From NCBI GenBank assembly GCA_965230515.1, contig OZ246007.1, positions 3,476,261 through 3,540,260 on the forward strand: DNA of 64,000 nucleotides, written 5' to 3'. Below the pieces are notes generated by a model. The model saw only the letters and a list, made by a program, of their open reading frames with translations, had not been told where the DNA came from and made no database searches. Shown here one piece after another: positions 20,496 to 28,162 of this stretch. Origin of the DNA: Pseudomonadales bacterium (GTDB lineage Bacteria; Pseudomonadota; Gammaproteobacteria; Pseudomonadales; IMCC2047). Position 1 is the stretch's first letter. Each line of letters starts with the position of its first letter. A program made the translations under genes and the position numbers.

Positions 20496-20783
20496 TCAGG
20501 GGCCCACAATTCCGTCAGTCGCCAGTTTCTTTTTCTTTTTAAACGTTCGTGGGTTATTACCCTGATCAGGGGCTGGCTTGCGCGAACGTGAATCCTTTGC
20601 GCTGGTTGTTTCCGCTGAGCCGGATGCGGTTTTCTGTTTAATAATAATGGTCTGGGTTGTTTCCGATCTTGATCGGGACAGCATCTCATTTTGTCCTGCG
20701 TTCGCATCAGCGAAGGTGTTTGCTGAAAGCTGGACAAAAATGAGCGGCAAGAGAGCAACAGGCTTGAGTAATATGGTCATCAC
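20496..20783 (-). CDS. Hypothetical small secreted protein
   Basis: GTG-ATG start preceded by GAAGGGG (Shine-Dalgarno-like). There is a plausible signal peptide (LLKPVALLPLIFVQLSANTFADA), a low-complexity Ser/Thr/Lys-rich body and a KKKKK tract. I recognise no homologous family. Confidence 0.4.
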   Translation of the reverse strand: MMTILLKPVALLPLIFVQLSANTFADANAGQNEMLSRSRSETTQTIIIKQKTASGSAETTSAKDSRSRKPAPDQGNNPRTFKKKKKLATDGIVGP

Positions 20784-20884
20784 TATGCCCCTTCTGGGTA
20801 TTATTAAAAAGGTACTGCCGGTTACAGGATTGATGTCAATTATAATAAAATTTGAAGCAAATCGCTTGATAAGGTGATTTCCGG

Positions 20885-22132
20885 CTAACCGGTTTTCACC
20901 TTGACCCGGCCCTGGTCCGGTTTACGTAATCCGAGGCAAAGCAGCATGGCAAGGAGAACCATTCCCGTGCCCATCGCATAGCTCCAGGCAAAACTTCCGG
21001 TCATGTCGGCAAGGATTCCTGCGATTCCCGGTCCGATAATTTGCCCAATACCGAAGAACAGGGTGATGCTGCCAAGCGCGGCAGCGGCTTTTTGAGGTCC
21101 TAAATAGTCGCCGATCGCGGCGGCCATGATTGCGGGCGTTCCCCATGCTGATATGCCGAACAGGAAAACCGAGAGGTAGAGGAAACTGGTGGGAAGTGAC
21201 AGTGCCACCAGAAGATATGCAGCACCTTGTAAACTGAAAACCGCCATTAATGCCAGTTTGCGGCCAAGGTGGTCTGAAATGGCGCCAAACAGCGGGCCGG
21301 AGATGAGGCTGAAGGCGCCGACCCACATCCAGAATTGCCCTGCTGTCGCTTCGCTGAATCCGCGTTCCTGTACCAGTGTGGTAACGATAAAGGTGGCGTA
21401 GATCACGTAGGCATAGCCAAATAACAGATAGATGGAGCCCAGGTGAAAGATGATGTTTCTTGGGGAAACGACCGCAGGTTTTGTGCTTGCTGTTTCCGAA
21501 TATTGAATACCAAGAGGCTCGGCACCCATTTCATTCGGGTTGTTACGGATCAGTAGTGCCGCAGCAATCATAATCGCAGTACTGGCAAAACCAAGTATCA
21601 TCCAGCTGCCACGCCAGCCTTCTTCGCCTAACGTGCTGTTCACGGCGGGGATTAGTAATCCTGAAATAATGATGGCCAGACCGCTGCCGCCAACAATAAA
21701 ACCGGCTGCACGTCCCCTCAGGGAAGGTCGAAACCAATGTGAGACCAAGGCCATTATAGGTACATTGGCGGCGCCGCTGCCAAAGCCTGTGATCACATAA
21801 AGCAACAGTACAGGCATAAAGCTATTGGCCTGAGATACCGCCAGCATTGAACCTGAGACTAATGCCAGGCCGGTGACGATCAATCGTCTTGCACCGAGCC
21901 GTGAGGTCAGTGCAGCACTGAAGATGACAGCAACGACATAGCCACAGAAATTGCCAGTTGAGATGAGCCCCATTTCGGAGTAACTCAGGCCCAGGTTTTC
22001 GCCCATTGCTGGCAGTAACATGCCCAGCGCAAACCGGCCAAAACCAAGGCATGACATGATAATCAGGGTGCCAGTGGTGACAATTACCCAGCCGTAGTGA
22101 AAGGGTAGTTTTCGCTCCTTGATCTGATTCAT
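20885..22132 (-). CDS. MFS transporter
   Basis: 415 aa with about 12 hydrophobic segments arranged in two halves and a central loop. Confidence 0.85.
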   Translation of the reverse strand: MNQIKERKLPFHYGWVIVTTGTLIIMSCLGFGRFALGMLLPAMGENLGLSYSEMGLISTGNFCGYVVAVIFSAALTSRLGARRLIVTGLALVSGSMLAVSQANSFMPVLLLYVITGFGSGAANVPIMALVSHWFRPSLRGRAAGFIVGGSGLAIIISGLLIPAVNSTLGEEGWRGSWMILGFASTAIMIAAALLIRNNPNEMGAEPLGIQYSETASTKPAVVSPRNIIFHLGSIYLLFGYAYVIYATFIVTTLVQERGFSEATAGQFWMWVGAFSLISGPLFGAISDHLGRKLALMAVFSLQGAAYLLVALSLPTSFLYLSVFLFGISAWGTPAIMAAAIGDYLGPQKAAAALGSITLFFGIGQIIGPGIAGILADMTGSFAWSYAMGTGMVLLAMLLCLGLRKPDQGRVKVKTG

Positions 22133-22167
22133 ACCTGATTTTTCTTGTTGGTGGTGTTGGTCGGGAG

Positions 22168-23577
22168 CTAAAGAGCCTTAAGCTCTCTGATCTGAATCGC
22201 TTCGATCCCCGTGCCCGCCAATATGTCGGATATGACCACTACCTGGTCGCCGGGGTGGATTTCCGGCTCACGTTCCAGCAACTGTTGAAATGCGGCAGCC
22301 AGGGTCTTTTCAGGGTCCTGGCTGAAGTTTATCCGGTAGGCATGGACGCCTCGATTCAGAGCTAGCAAGCGACGAGTGCGGCTATCATTGGTAAAGGCGT
22401 ATACTCCTGACTTGTGAGGGTGGCAGTTGGTGACCATGTTTGCCATTAAACCCCTTCGGGTGATCACAACAATGCCCTTGGCGGCTATTGACTCAGCCAG
22501 ATGTACAGCGCTGGCGGCTATATTTTGTTTTTTATCGTCGAGAACCAACTGGTCAGTGAAACGCAGTCCTCTGGATTTTTCAATGTGCTCGGCAATTTGA
22601 CTCAGGTAACGTACGCATTTGGTGGGATATTTGCCTACAGTTGTCTCACCTGAAAGCATCACTGCATCGGCTTCTTCATAAACGGCGTTAGCGACATCGG
22701 TAACCTCAGCTCGCGTCGGTACAGGATTTTCGATCATGGATTCCAGCAAGTGCGTTGCAACAATGACCCGTTTACCATATTTGGCACACAACCGCACGAT
22801 ACGGCGTTGCACAGTCGGTAGCTCGAAGAAATTTATTTCGACACCGAGATCACCTCGAGCAACCATGATTCCGTCAGACTCCTGAATAATCTCCTCAATA
22901 TTCTTTACACCTTCCTGGTCTTCAATCTTGGCGATAATTTTTATTTTGCCGGCCTTGTCTCCCAGCAGTTCACGTAATTGCCTTACATCATTGGCCTCGC
23001 GAACGAAGGAAAGTGCAATGTAGTCGACCTCCTGCTCCATACCAAACAGAATATCCTGACGGTCTTTTTCAGTAATTGCAGGTAAATTAACCCTGACGCC
23101 GGGTAGATTTACATGGCGTTTGCTGCCAATTAGACCTCCATCGATGACCTTGCAGCGCATCACGCGCTGCTCTTTGCTCAATACTTCTAGATTAATAAGT
23201 CCGTTGTCAACGGTGATTTTATCGCCAATAGAGACGGCATCAATAAGATCGGCGTAGTCGATCTGTATGGAGCTCTCTTCAACGTCGGCACCACCACGAA
23301 CCACAATGGTGATCTCTTCGCCTTCCTTGAGATTCAGATCATTGGCCAGATGACCGGTACGTATCTCCGGCCCTTGCGTGTCCAGAAGAATTGGTATGGG
23401 ACGTTTGACTTTTTTATTTAGTGTGGCGATCGCCTTGATGATTCTGGCATGAGACTCGTGGTCACCGTGTGACATATTTAACCGGACTACATTCATGCCC
23501 GCGTCATAGAGTTGCTCCAACATGTCAAAAGAGTCGGTTGCCGGTCCGATGGTACATATAATTTTGGTTTTGCGCAT
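22168..23577 (-). CDS. pyk: Pyruvate kinase
   Basis: MRKTKIICTIGPAT...MNVVRLNMSHG...PILLDTQGPEIR...IALSFV...MVARGDLGVE are canonical pyruvate kinase blocks. The start is taken at the ATG at 23577 rather than the ORF-track start. Confidence 0.95.
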   Translation of the reverse strand: MRKTKIICTIGPATDSFDMLEQLYDAGMNVVRLNMSHGDHESHARIIKAIATLNKKVKRPIPILLDTQGPEIRTGHLANDLNLKEGEEITIVVRGGADVEESSIQIDYADLIDAVSIGDKITVDNGLINLEVLSKEQRVMRCKVIDGGLIGSKRHVNLPGVRVNLPAITEKDRQDILFGMEQEVDYIALSFVREANDVRQLRELLGDKAGKIKIIAKIEDQEGVKNIEEIIQESDGIMVARGDLGVEINFFELPTVQRRIVRLCAKYGKRVIVATHLLESMIENPVPTRAEVTDVANAVYEEADAVMLSGETTVGKYPTKCVRYLSQIAEHIEKSRGLRFTDQLVLDDKKQNIAASAVHLAESIAAKGIVVITRRGLMANMVTNCHPHKSGVYAFTNDSRTRRLLALNRGVHAYRINFSQDPEKTLAAAFQQLLEREPEIHPGDQVVVISDILAGTGIEAIQIRELKAL

Positions 23578-23679
23578 TCTCACTATCCAACAAAAAACCG
23601 CGTGTAATTCCGGAAGCATCAATATTAGTGCTGGAGTTTCCTTTTGCGGTGCACAGGGAAGGGCAAAGAGACTAACATA

Positions 23680-24843
23680 TCAGGCGGTTAGATTTAATAA
23701 CCAGCCGACAATTATTACCTGCGGAACGGTAATTAGGGGCAGAAACAGTGCGATTTTCCAGGATTTGGTGGTGTCTTTGATAGACATCACCTCGGTATAG
23801 TCGGTTGCGACTCCCGTCATAAGGAAAGTAAAACTGTTGCCGGGTGCCTTTGCTCGCGTCATCAGATCGGCCGCGATTGGGGTTGAGCCTTCTGAACAAA
23901 CCTCAATGATAGTCGCCGCTAATAAGGTCATGCCTAACCCGGCGAGCGTGGGGCCGAACAGTGTCTGATAGAGTTCAAGGTCGATAAAGGTACGAATGGC
24001 AGATGCCAGAATGACCCCGAACAGCAGCCAGCGCAATACCATCTGTGAACCCTTGATTCCTTCCCAGAGCATTTCACCTATAAGAGCCAACGAGAAATCG
24101 ACCTGTTTGATTTGGGTGCGTGCCTCATGCCAAAACCGAAAGTCCACGGGCAGGTCGTGGGCTTGTCCGTTGTGAGGTAGCTTTTTAGCGGCGACCAATC
24201 GATCAAAAACACGCCCGGAAATCAGCGCGATAACCGCCGAAAGGAGGATAAAAGCCAGTGTCCAGGGAAGGCCAATCAAGGCAACCAGAATGATGGTCAG
24301 AGAGAGGGAATTCCAGGGGCTGGCAATCAAAAAGGCCATCACCTGACCCAGGCTGGCACCACGGCGATAGAGCTGCATGCCGACCATCAGAATGCCGTGA
24401 CTACAGAGATCCAGCAGCAGTCCTGCCATTGTTGCACGGAACAAACCCCGCCAGGTGCCACCCTGGCCCAACGCAGAAATAACGAAGCTCTGTGGTATGC
24501 GGCCCAGTACACCGACAAATATGGCGGCCAGTAGAATGCTCCACCACATAATGTTAATCAGACTGAAAACCGATTCGCCCATGCTGACAACCCATGCCAG
24601 ACTAATCGTTTCTCCAAAGATAAAAAAAGTACCATAAAAGATCGCAATCAGGCTGGCGGACACCCATAACAACCAGTCAATACGTCGCTCACCTGAGCCA
24701 CCACAGCAACTACCTTGCGTGGATTCCTGAGTTGGCTCTGGTGTGCCCGAAGCGCAGCAACCGGACTTGGTTTCGACTTTTTTGGTGCCGCAACAACTTG
24801 ATACGGGTTGTACTGATTCTTCTGATGAGTGACAGTCGGACAT
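23680..24843 (-). CDS. Two-repeat permease (ArsP/DUF318-type) with a Cys-rich N-terminal tail
   Basis: Polytopic membrane protein with the family-typical CSEGSTPIAADL block. The first roughly 55 aa carry three vicinal Cys pairs (SSCCG, SGCCA, GSCCGG) plus C4. It starts 2 nt after the CueR-like gene. Confidence 0.75.
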   Translation of the reverse strand: MSDCHSSEESVQPVSSCCGTKKVETKSGCCASGTPEPTQESTQGSCCGGSGERRIDWLLWVSASLIAIFYGTFFIFGETISLAWVVSMGESVFSLINIMWWSILLAAIFVGVLGRIPQSFVISALGQGGTWRGLFRATMAGLLLDLCSHGILMVGMQLYRRGASLGQVMAFLIASPWNSLSLTIILVALIGLPWTLAFILLSAVIALISGRVFDRLVAAKKLPHNGQAHDLPVDFRFWHEARTQIKQVDFSLALIGEMLWEGIKGSQMVLRWLLFGVILASAIRTFIDLELYQTLFGPTLAGLGMTLLAATIIEVCSEGSTPIAADLMTRAKAPGNSFTFLMTGVATDYTEVMSIKDTTKSWKIALFLPLITVPQVIIVGWLLNLTA

Positions 24844-24845
24844 GA

Positions 24846-25238
24846 TTAGTTTTTACTCGCAAGTTTTTCAATGATGGCGCATTCCGGACCTTCGTCTCCA
24901 GCGCACTGATCGGCAAGTTCTTTTAGGGTTTTTTTCATGGTGCGCAATTTTTTCAGTTTAAAATCTATTTCAGTGATTTTCTCAAGCACCAGGGCTTTTA
25001 CGTGTGCGCTTTGTCGACCAGGATTGCTGTACAACTGCAGCAATTGTTTGCACTCCTGAAGGCTGAAACCCACTTCCCGGGAATGGTTTAAGAAACGTAG
25101 TTGATCAACATCCTGCGGCTTATAGTCGCGATACCCGTTGTCGCTGCGTACAGGTGTTTCCAGCAGCCCAATACTTTCATAGTAACGGATGGTTTTACTG
25201 GATAGACCTGACTGTTTGGCTGCCTGACTTATATTCAT
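24846..25238 (-). CDS. cueR: MerR-family Cu(I)/Ag(I)/Au(I)-type metalloregulator (CueR-like)
   Basis: It aligns by eye along its whole length with E. coli CueR: MNISQAAKQSGLSSKTIRYYE HTH, RQSAHVK (the Ser equivalent of CueR S77), and the C-terminal loop CAGDEGPEC (CX7C, as in CPGDDSADC). Confidence 0.8.
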   Translation of the reverse strand: MNISQAAKQSGLSSKTIRYYESIGLLETPVRSDNGYRDYKPQDVDQLRFLNHSREVGFSLQECKQLLQLYSNPGRQSAHVKALVLEKITEIDFKLKKLRTMKKTLKELADQCAGDEGPECAIIEKLASKN

Positions 25239-25269
25239 AATTCACCTGCCTGTTACTCCTTAGGAATAT

Positions 25270-25300
25270 AGTCTAAACCTTCCAGTAACTGTAAAGTCAA
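25270..25300 (-). promoter_or_regulatory. MerR-type promoter/operator with 19-bp spacer (CueR-box-like dyad)
   Basis: The minus strand reads TTGACT-TTACAGTTACTGGAAGGTT-TAGACT, giving a -35 at 25295-25300, a -10 at 25270-25275 and a spacer of exactly 19 nt. The spacer carries the imperfect dyad ACTTTACAG/CTGGAAGGT, which resembles the CCTTCC...GGAAGG CueR operator. It lies 32 nt upstream of the cueR-like ATG. Confidence 0.6.
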
Positions 25301-25498
25301 ATATTTTTGAGCATGCCTGTGAATGAGAGAAGCAAGTGGAAAAGTGTCTTCTGGCAGAGCATAGGGATATAATAACCCCACAAGTACAACCATCCTGGTT
25401 AACTTTCCTCTTAAGGGCGACGGTCATAGCTCTTGTCCTGATAACAGAGCTGTCCCGCTAACGCCAGATGTCGATTTGAGGTGTTTGGGAGAACGGAG

Positions 25499-25882
25499 AT
25501 GCTTGAGATCAATTCAGAAACGGTTCGCTTTATTATCAGCAAAACTCATGAATTTCAGAATAATGATGGTAATTCGTCAGGTGATGATACGCGCAATCCG
25601 CTGGAGTCGGAAATTCTGGAATCTCCTGCCCGCTCAAACGAGACTTCCGTAGCACTGGAGTTTCGTTCTGTGATTGATGACCTGGAGCCGGACCAACAAC
25701 AAGCCTTGGTAGCGCTCATGTGGCTCGGCCGCGGTGACTACAGTATGGAAGAGTGGGATGAAGCGCTTGAGGAAGCCAGAGTAAGCTGGACGTTGCATAC
25801 AGCGGATTATTTGCTCTCTACTCCTTTGCTTGGGGATTATCTTGAAGAGGGGCTCGTGTTACATGGCTATGAGTCGGACTAG
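25499..25882 (+). CDS. DUF3775-like acidic protein
   Basis: 127 aa from the ATG at 25499. The blocks VRFIISKTHEF and LVALMWLGRGDYSMEEWDEALEEA resemble DUF3775 family members. The assignment is from memory and was not searched. Confidence 0.55.
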   Translation: MLEINSETVRFIISKTHEFQNNDGNSSGDDTRNPLESEILESPARSNETSVALEFRSVIDDLEPDQQQALVALMWLGRGDYSMEEWDEALEEARVSWTLHTADYLLSTPLLGDYLEEGLVLHGYESD

Positions 25883-26643
25883 AGATTTTCGTTGGGTGTT
25901 AGCCTAAGATTCACTTTCTCGGTATAGGGTTTAAAAGAGGGCGTGCCGCCACCTTCGCTGACGCATTGCAGTATTCCCTGCGGTTGCCTGATGGTGATCC
26001 CGGATAACAGAGTTACGGGGGTGTAGTCGAATGCAGCACTGATCAGCGGTGTGGATGAGCCCACCAAAACAACCTCTCTGCAGTGAGCGGCCAACGCTAG
26101 CAACCGGTCAATGCTGTTATTGATGATGCTGGTGGAACTCAAAATGGCAACCTGACACTCTGGGAAATAGTCGCCAGCCTGTTCAATATCCAATATGTCA
26201 TCGGCGGGGCGAGCCTGGCGCTCAAAAATATAAAGTTTCTCAGTTCGCTGACAAACGTCCTTAACCAGCGGCGCAAAATGTCCGACCATAGCAACTTTGT
26301 CAGTCGCTTCAAGCGCCATGGCGCCAAGTGACGGGCCATCAAAAAGGTTGTCGTCAGGTTTGTTGAATAACGCGTTGGCGGTGGCCAGTGCAATGGCTGA
26401 GGCAATCATATGCGTTGAATCAAACAGCTCCAAAAGTTCTTGTGCAGATCTTCCAGTCAGTGGGCGCAGTGACTCATAAGCGGAACAACCGCCCTGTATA
26501 CTATCCAAAAAAATATAAGCCAAACCGGTGGCGCCATTTTCAAGTTGCACAGCGACATAGCATAGACCAATACGCACGTCCGCCACACTTTCATTCTTGG
26601 CCAGTTGTTGTGCGGATTTCTTGAGGCGGTCACGAATTAGCAT
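25879..26643 (-). CDS. DUF4213/DUF364 protein (putative heavy-metal chelation, Rossmann-like)
   Basis: 254 aa. The N-terminal VADVRIGLCYVAVQLENGATGLAY and the later VAMVGHF...ILSSTSIINNS pattern are typical of DUF4213+DUF364 proteins. The assignment is from memory. Confidence 0.6.
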   Translation of the reverse strand: MLIRDRLKKSAQQLAKNESVADVRIGLCYVAVQLENGATGLAYIFLDSIQGGCSAYESLRPLTGRSAQELLELFDSTHMIASAIALATANALFNKPDDNLFDGPSLGAMALEATDKVAMVGHFAPLVKDVCQRTEKLYIFERQARPADDILDIEQAGDYFPECQVAILSSTSIINNSIDRLLALAAHCREVVLVGSSTPLISAAFDYTPVTLLSGITIRQPQGILQCVSEGGGTPSFKPYTEKVNLRLTPNENL

Positions 26644-26899
26644 ACTAAAATCTCTATTTAAAACATGGATAATAGCCTAAGCTGAGATTGGCTGGCTAGA
26701 CCGGAGAGTCAGCTTCCTGGCCCTTGATTCTTAGCTGCGCAGATATCAACTATGGTAGCATTATAGCCACCACGGGTAGTGTGACTGGTGCGGGAGCTGT
26801 GTTAAAGGTCTATTATTTATACCTCGTATGTTGGTATAACATCTTTCAAGTGTTCCCCATGAGGTAAGAGGACGTTTTGGGTTTTAACGAGGCAATAAA

Positions 26900-27154
26900 A
26901 TGGAATTTTATATATTATCAATAATGATTTCTGGCATATCTTTAATTTGGGTAGCGACTTTAATATTGATTTGTTTCCGGAAAAAGGGAGTAGAATTGAA
27001 AACTGTATTCTTACAGGGTCGGGGAGCATATGAAAAATTGGATGAGTATTATTCATATAGAGTGGTTGTGATATATAAAACTTGTAACTACCTTGGAGCC
27101 TCTTTGTTATTGCTGTCGATAGGCATACAGCTAGTATTAATACTAAGCCGATAG
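26900..27154 (+). CDS. Hypothetical small 2-TM membrane protein (orphan, AT-rich)
   Basis: GAGG lies 7 nt upstream of the ATG. There are two hydrophobic helices (FYILSIMISGISLIWVATLILICF and LGASLLLLSIGIQLVLIL). It sits in a patch of about 32% GC and competes with an antisense 123-aa ORF. Confidence 0.3.
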   Translation: MEFYILSIMISGISLIWVATLILICFRKKGVELKTVFLQGRGAYEKLDEYYSYRVVVIYKTCNYLGASLLLLSIGIQLVLILSR

Positions 27155-27318
27155 TATAAGGACGAATTAGGGCAAGTAAACCAACCAAGGAGCCGGTTAA
27201 ACCTACATCGATTTGACGCTCTAGTTTGGTTCGCCTTAGCGGCGTAATCCAAGCAGCTATTCAATCAATGATGACCAGAGCTGTGTCTGCATACAGATCA
27301 ACGGTACGGGAGCTTGAA

Positions 27319-27702
27319 ATGAATACAGAATTTCACTGCTGGGCATGCGGCGAACCGCTGCTTGATCTGATATTACCGCTTTCACGAAGGGAAGAGTGCG
27401 CTGCTTGCGGTGCTGATCAACATGTCTGCAGAATGTGTTTGTCTTTTGATGCGAATGTTGCGAGGCAGTGTGATGAAGATCGGGCAGAGGATGTCAGCAA
27501 TAAGGAATCGGCCAATTTCTGTGATTATTTCGCGCCTAACTCAAAAGTGGTTTCCGGAAGGGGGGCGGGGGAAATTTCAGATGTGAGTGGCCAGTTGGCT
27601 GAGCTCTTTGGTGACAACCCAAAAGAAAATCCGCAAACGCACGAAAATGAACAAGATGCGGCAATGCTGGAGTTGGAAAAACTGTTTAAAAAAGACAGTT
27701 GA
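27319..27702 (+). CDS. Hypothetical 8-Cys zinc-ribbon protein
   Basis: ATG at 27319 (MNTEFHCWACGE...). Cys pattern: CxxC-N16-CxxC-N6-CxxC-N10-C-N16-C. The C-terminal half is acidic and probably disordered. Confidence 0.6.
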   Translation: MNTEFHCWACGEPLLDLILPLSRREECAACGADQHVCRMCLSFDANVARQCDEDRAEDVSNKESANFCDYFAPNSKVVSGRGAGEISDVSGQLAELFGDNPKENPQTHENEQDAAMLELEKLFKKDS

Positions 27703-27799
27703 TAGCGGAGCGCCAAAATCAGATAACGCATTTTTCCTGAGTCATCTCGGAACGACAACCAAAGCCCTCAATCAGGCAATTTCAGGGTTTACCAAAAGC

Positions 27800-27829
27800 T
27801 TGACTTTATATATTAGAAATCGCTAAAAT
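27800..27829 (+). promoter_or_regulatory. Candidate sigma-70 promoter upstream of the DUF2892 gene
   Basis: TTGACT (27800-27805), an 18-nt spacer, then TAAAAT (27824-27829), about 48 nt upstream of the ATG at 27877. Confidence 0.35.
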
Positions 27830-27876
27830 AAGTGTATAAATTAGGACTGTCTAATATATTGAGAGAGAGGTTGCCA

Positions 27877-28083
27877 ATGAATATAGACCAAACCGTATTT
27901 GCCATTGCCGGCATTATGATCTTGTCCGGTCTTGCAGTTGGATCTTGGCTGCATCCATTTGGCTTCCTGCTCACAGCCTTTGTCGGGTTGAATATGTTTC
28001 AGGCGGCGTTTAGCGGGTTTTGTCCTTTGGCTAAGGGGCTTGGCAAAATGGGTTTACCGCCAGGCTGTGCCTTTAACCGTTAA
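27877..28083 (+). CDS. DUF2892 (YgaP C-terminal-like) small membrane protein
   Basis: 68 aa with two TM helices and the family-typical FSGFCPL Cys motif. A GAGAGAGAGG Shine-Dalgarno-like tract lies upstream. Confidence 0.6.
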   Translation: MNIDQTVFAIAGIMILSGLAVGSWLHPFGFLLTAFVGLNMFQAAFSGFCPLAKGLGKMGLPPGCAFNR

Positions 28084-28162
28084 TTGATTTAAACGATTCC
28101 CTGGGAGCCCCAGTTTCATGCTATTTCTATCAGAAAGTGCTTGCCGAAAACCAGGCGGTTAT

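Noticed and set aside
20462-20877. Overlapping ORFs of 98 aa (-) at 20462..20758 and 99 aa (+) at 20578..20877.
   Set aside because: Both overlap the 95-aa signal-peptide ORF and lack a signal peptide, a ribosome-binding site or recognisable motifs. At most one frame can be real here, and even that one is low confidence.
26817-27188. A minus-strand 123-aa ORF in the AT-rich patch.
   Set aside because: It competes with the plus-strand 84-aa ORF, which has a better Shine-Dalgarno sequence and cleaner TM helices. Long ORFs arise less often by chance in AT-rich DNA, but this one has no ribosome-binding site and odd composition. It is kept only as an alternative under the AT-rich-patch finding.
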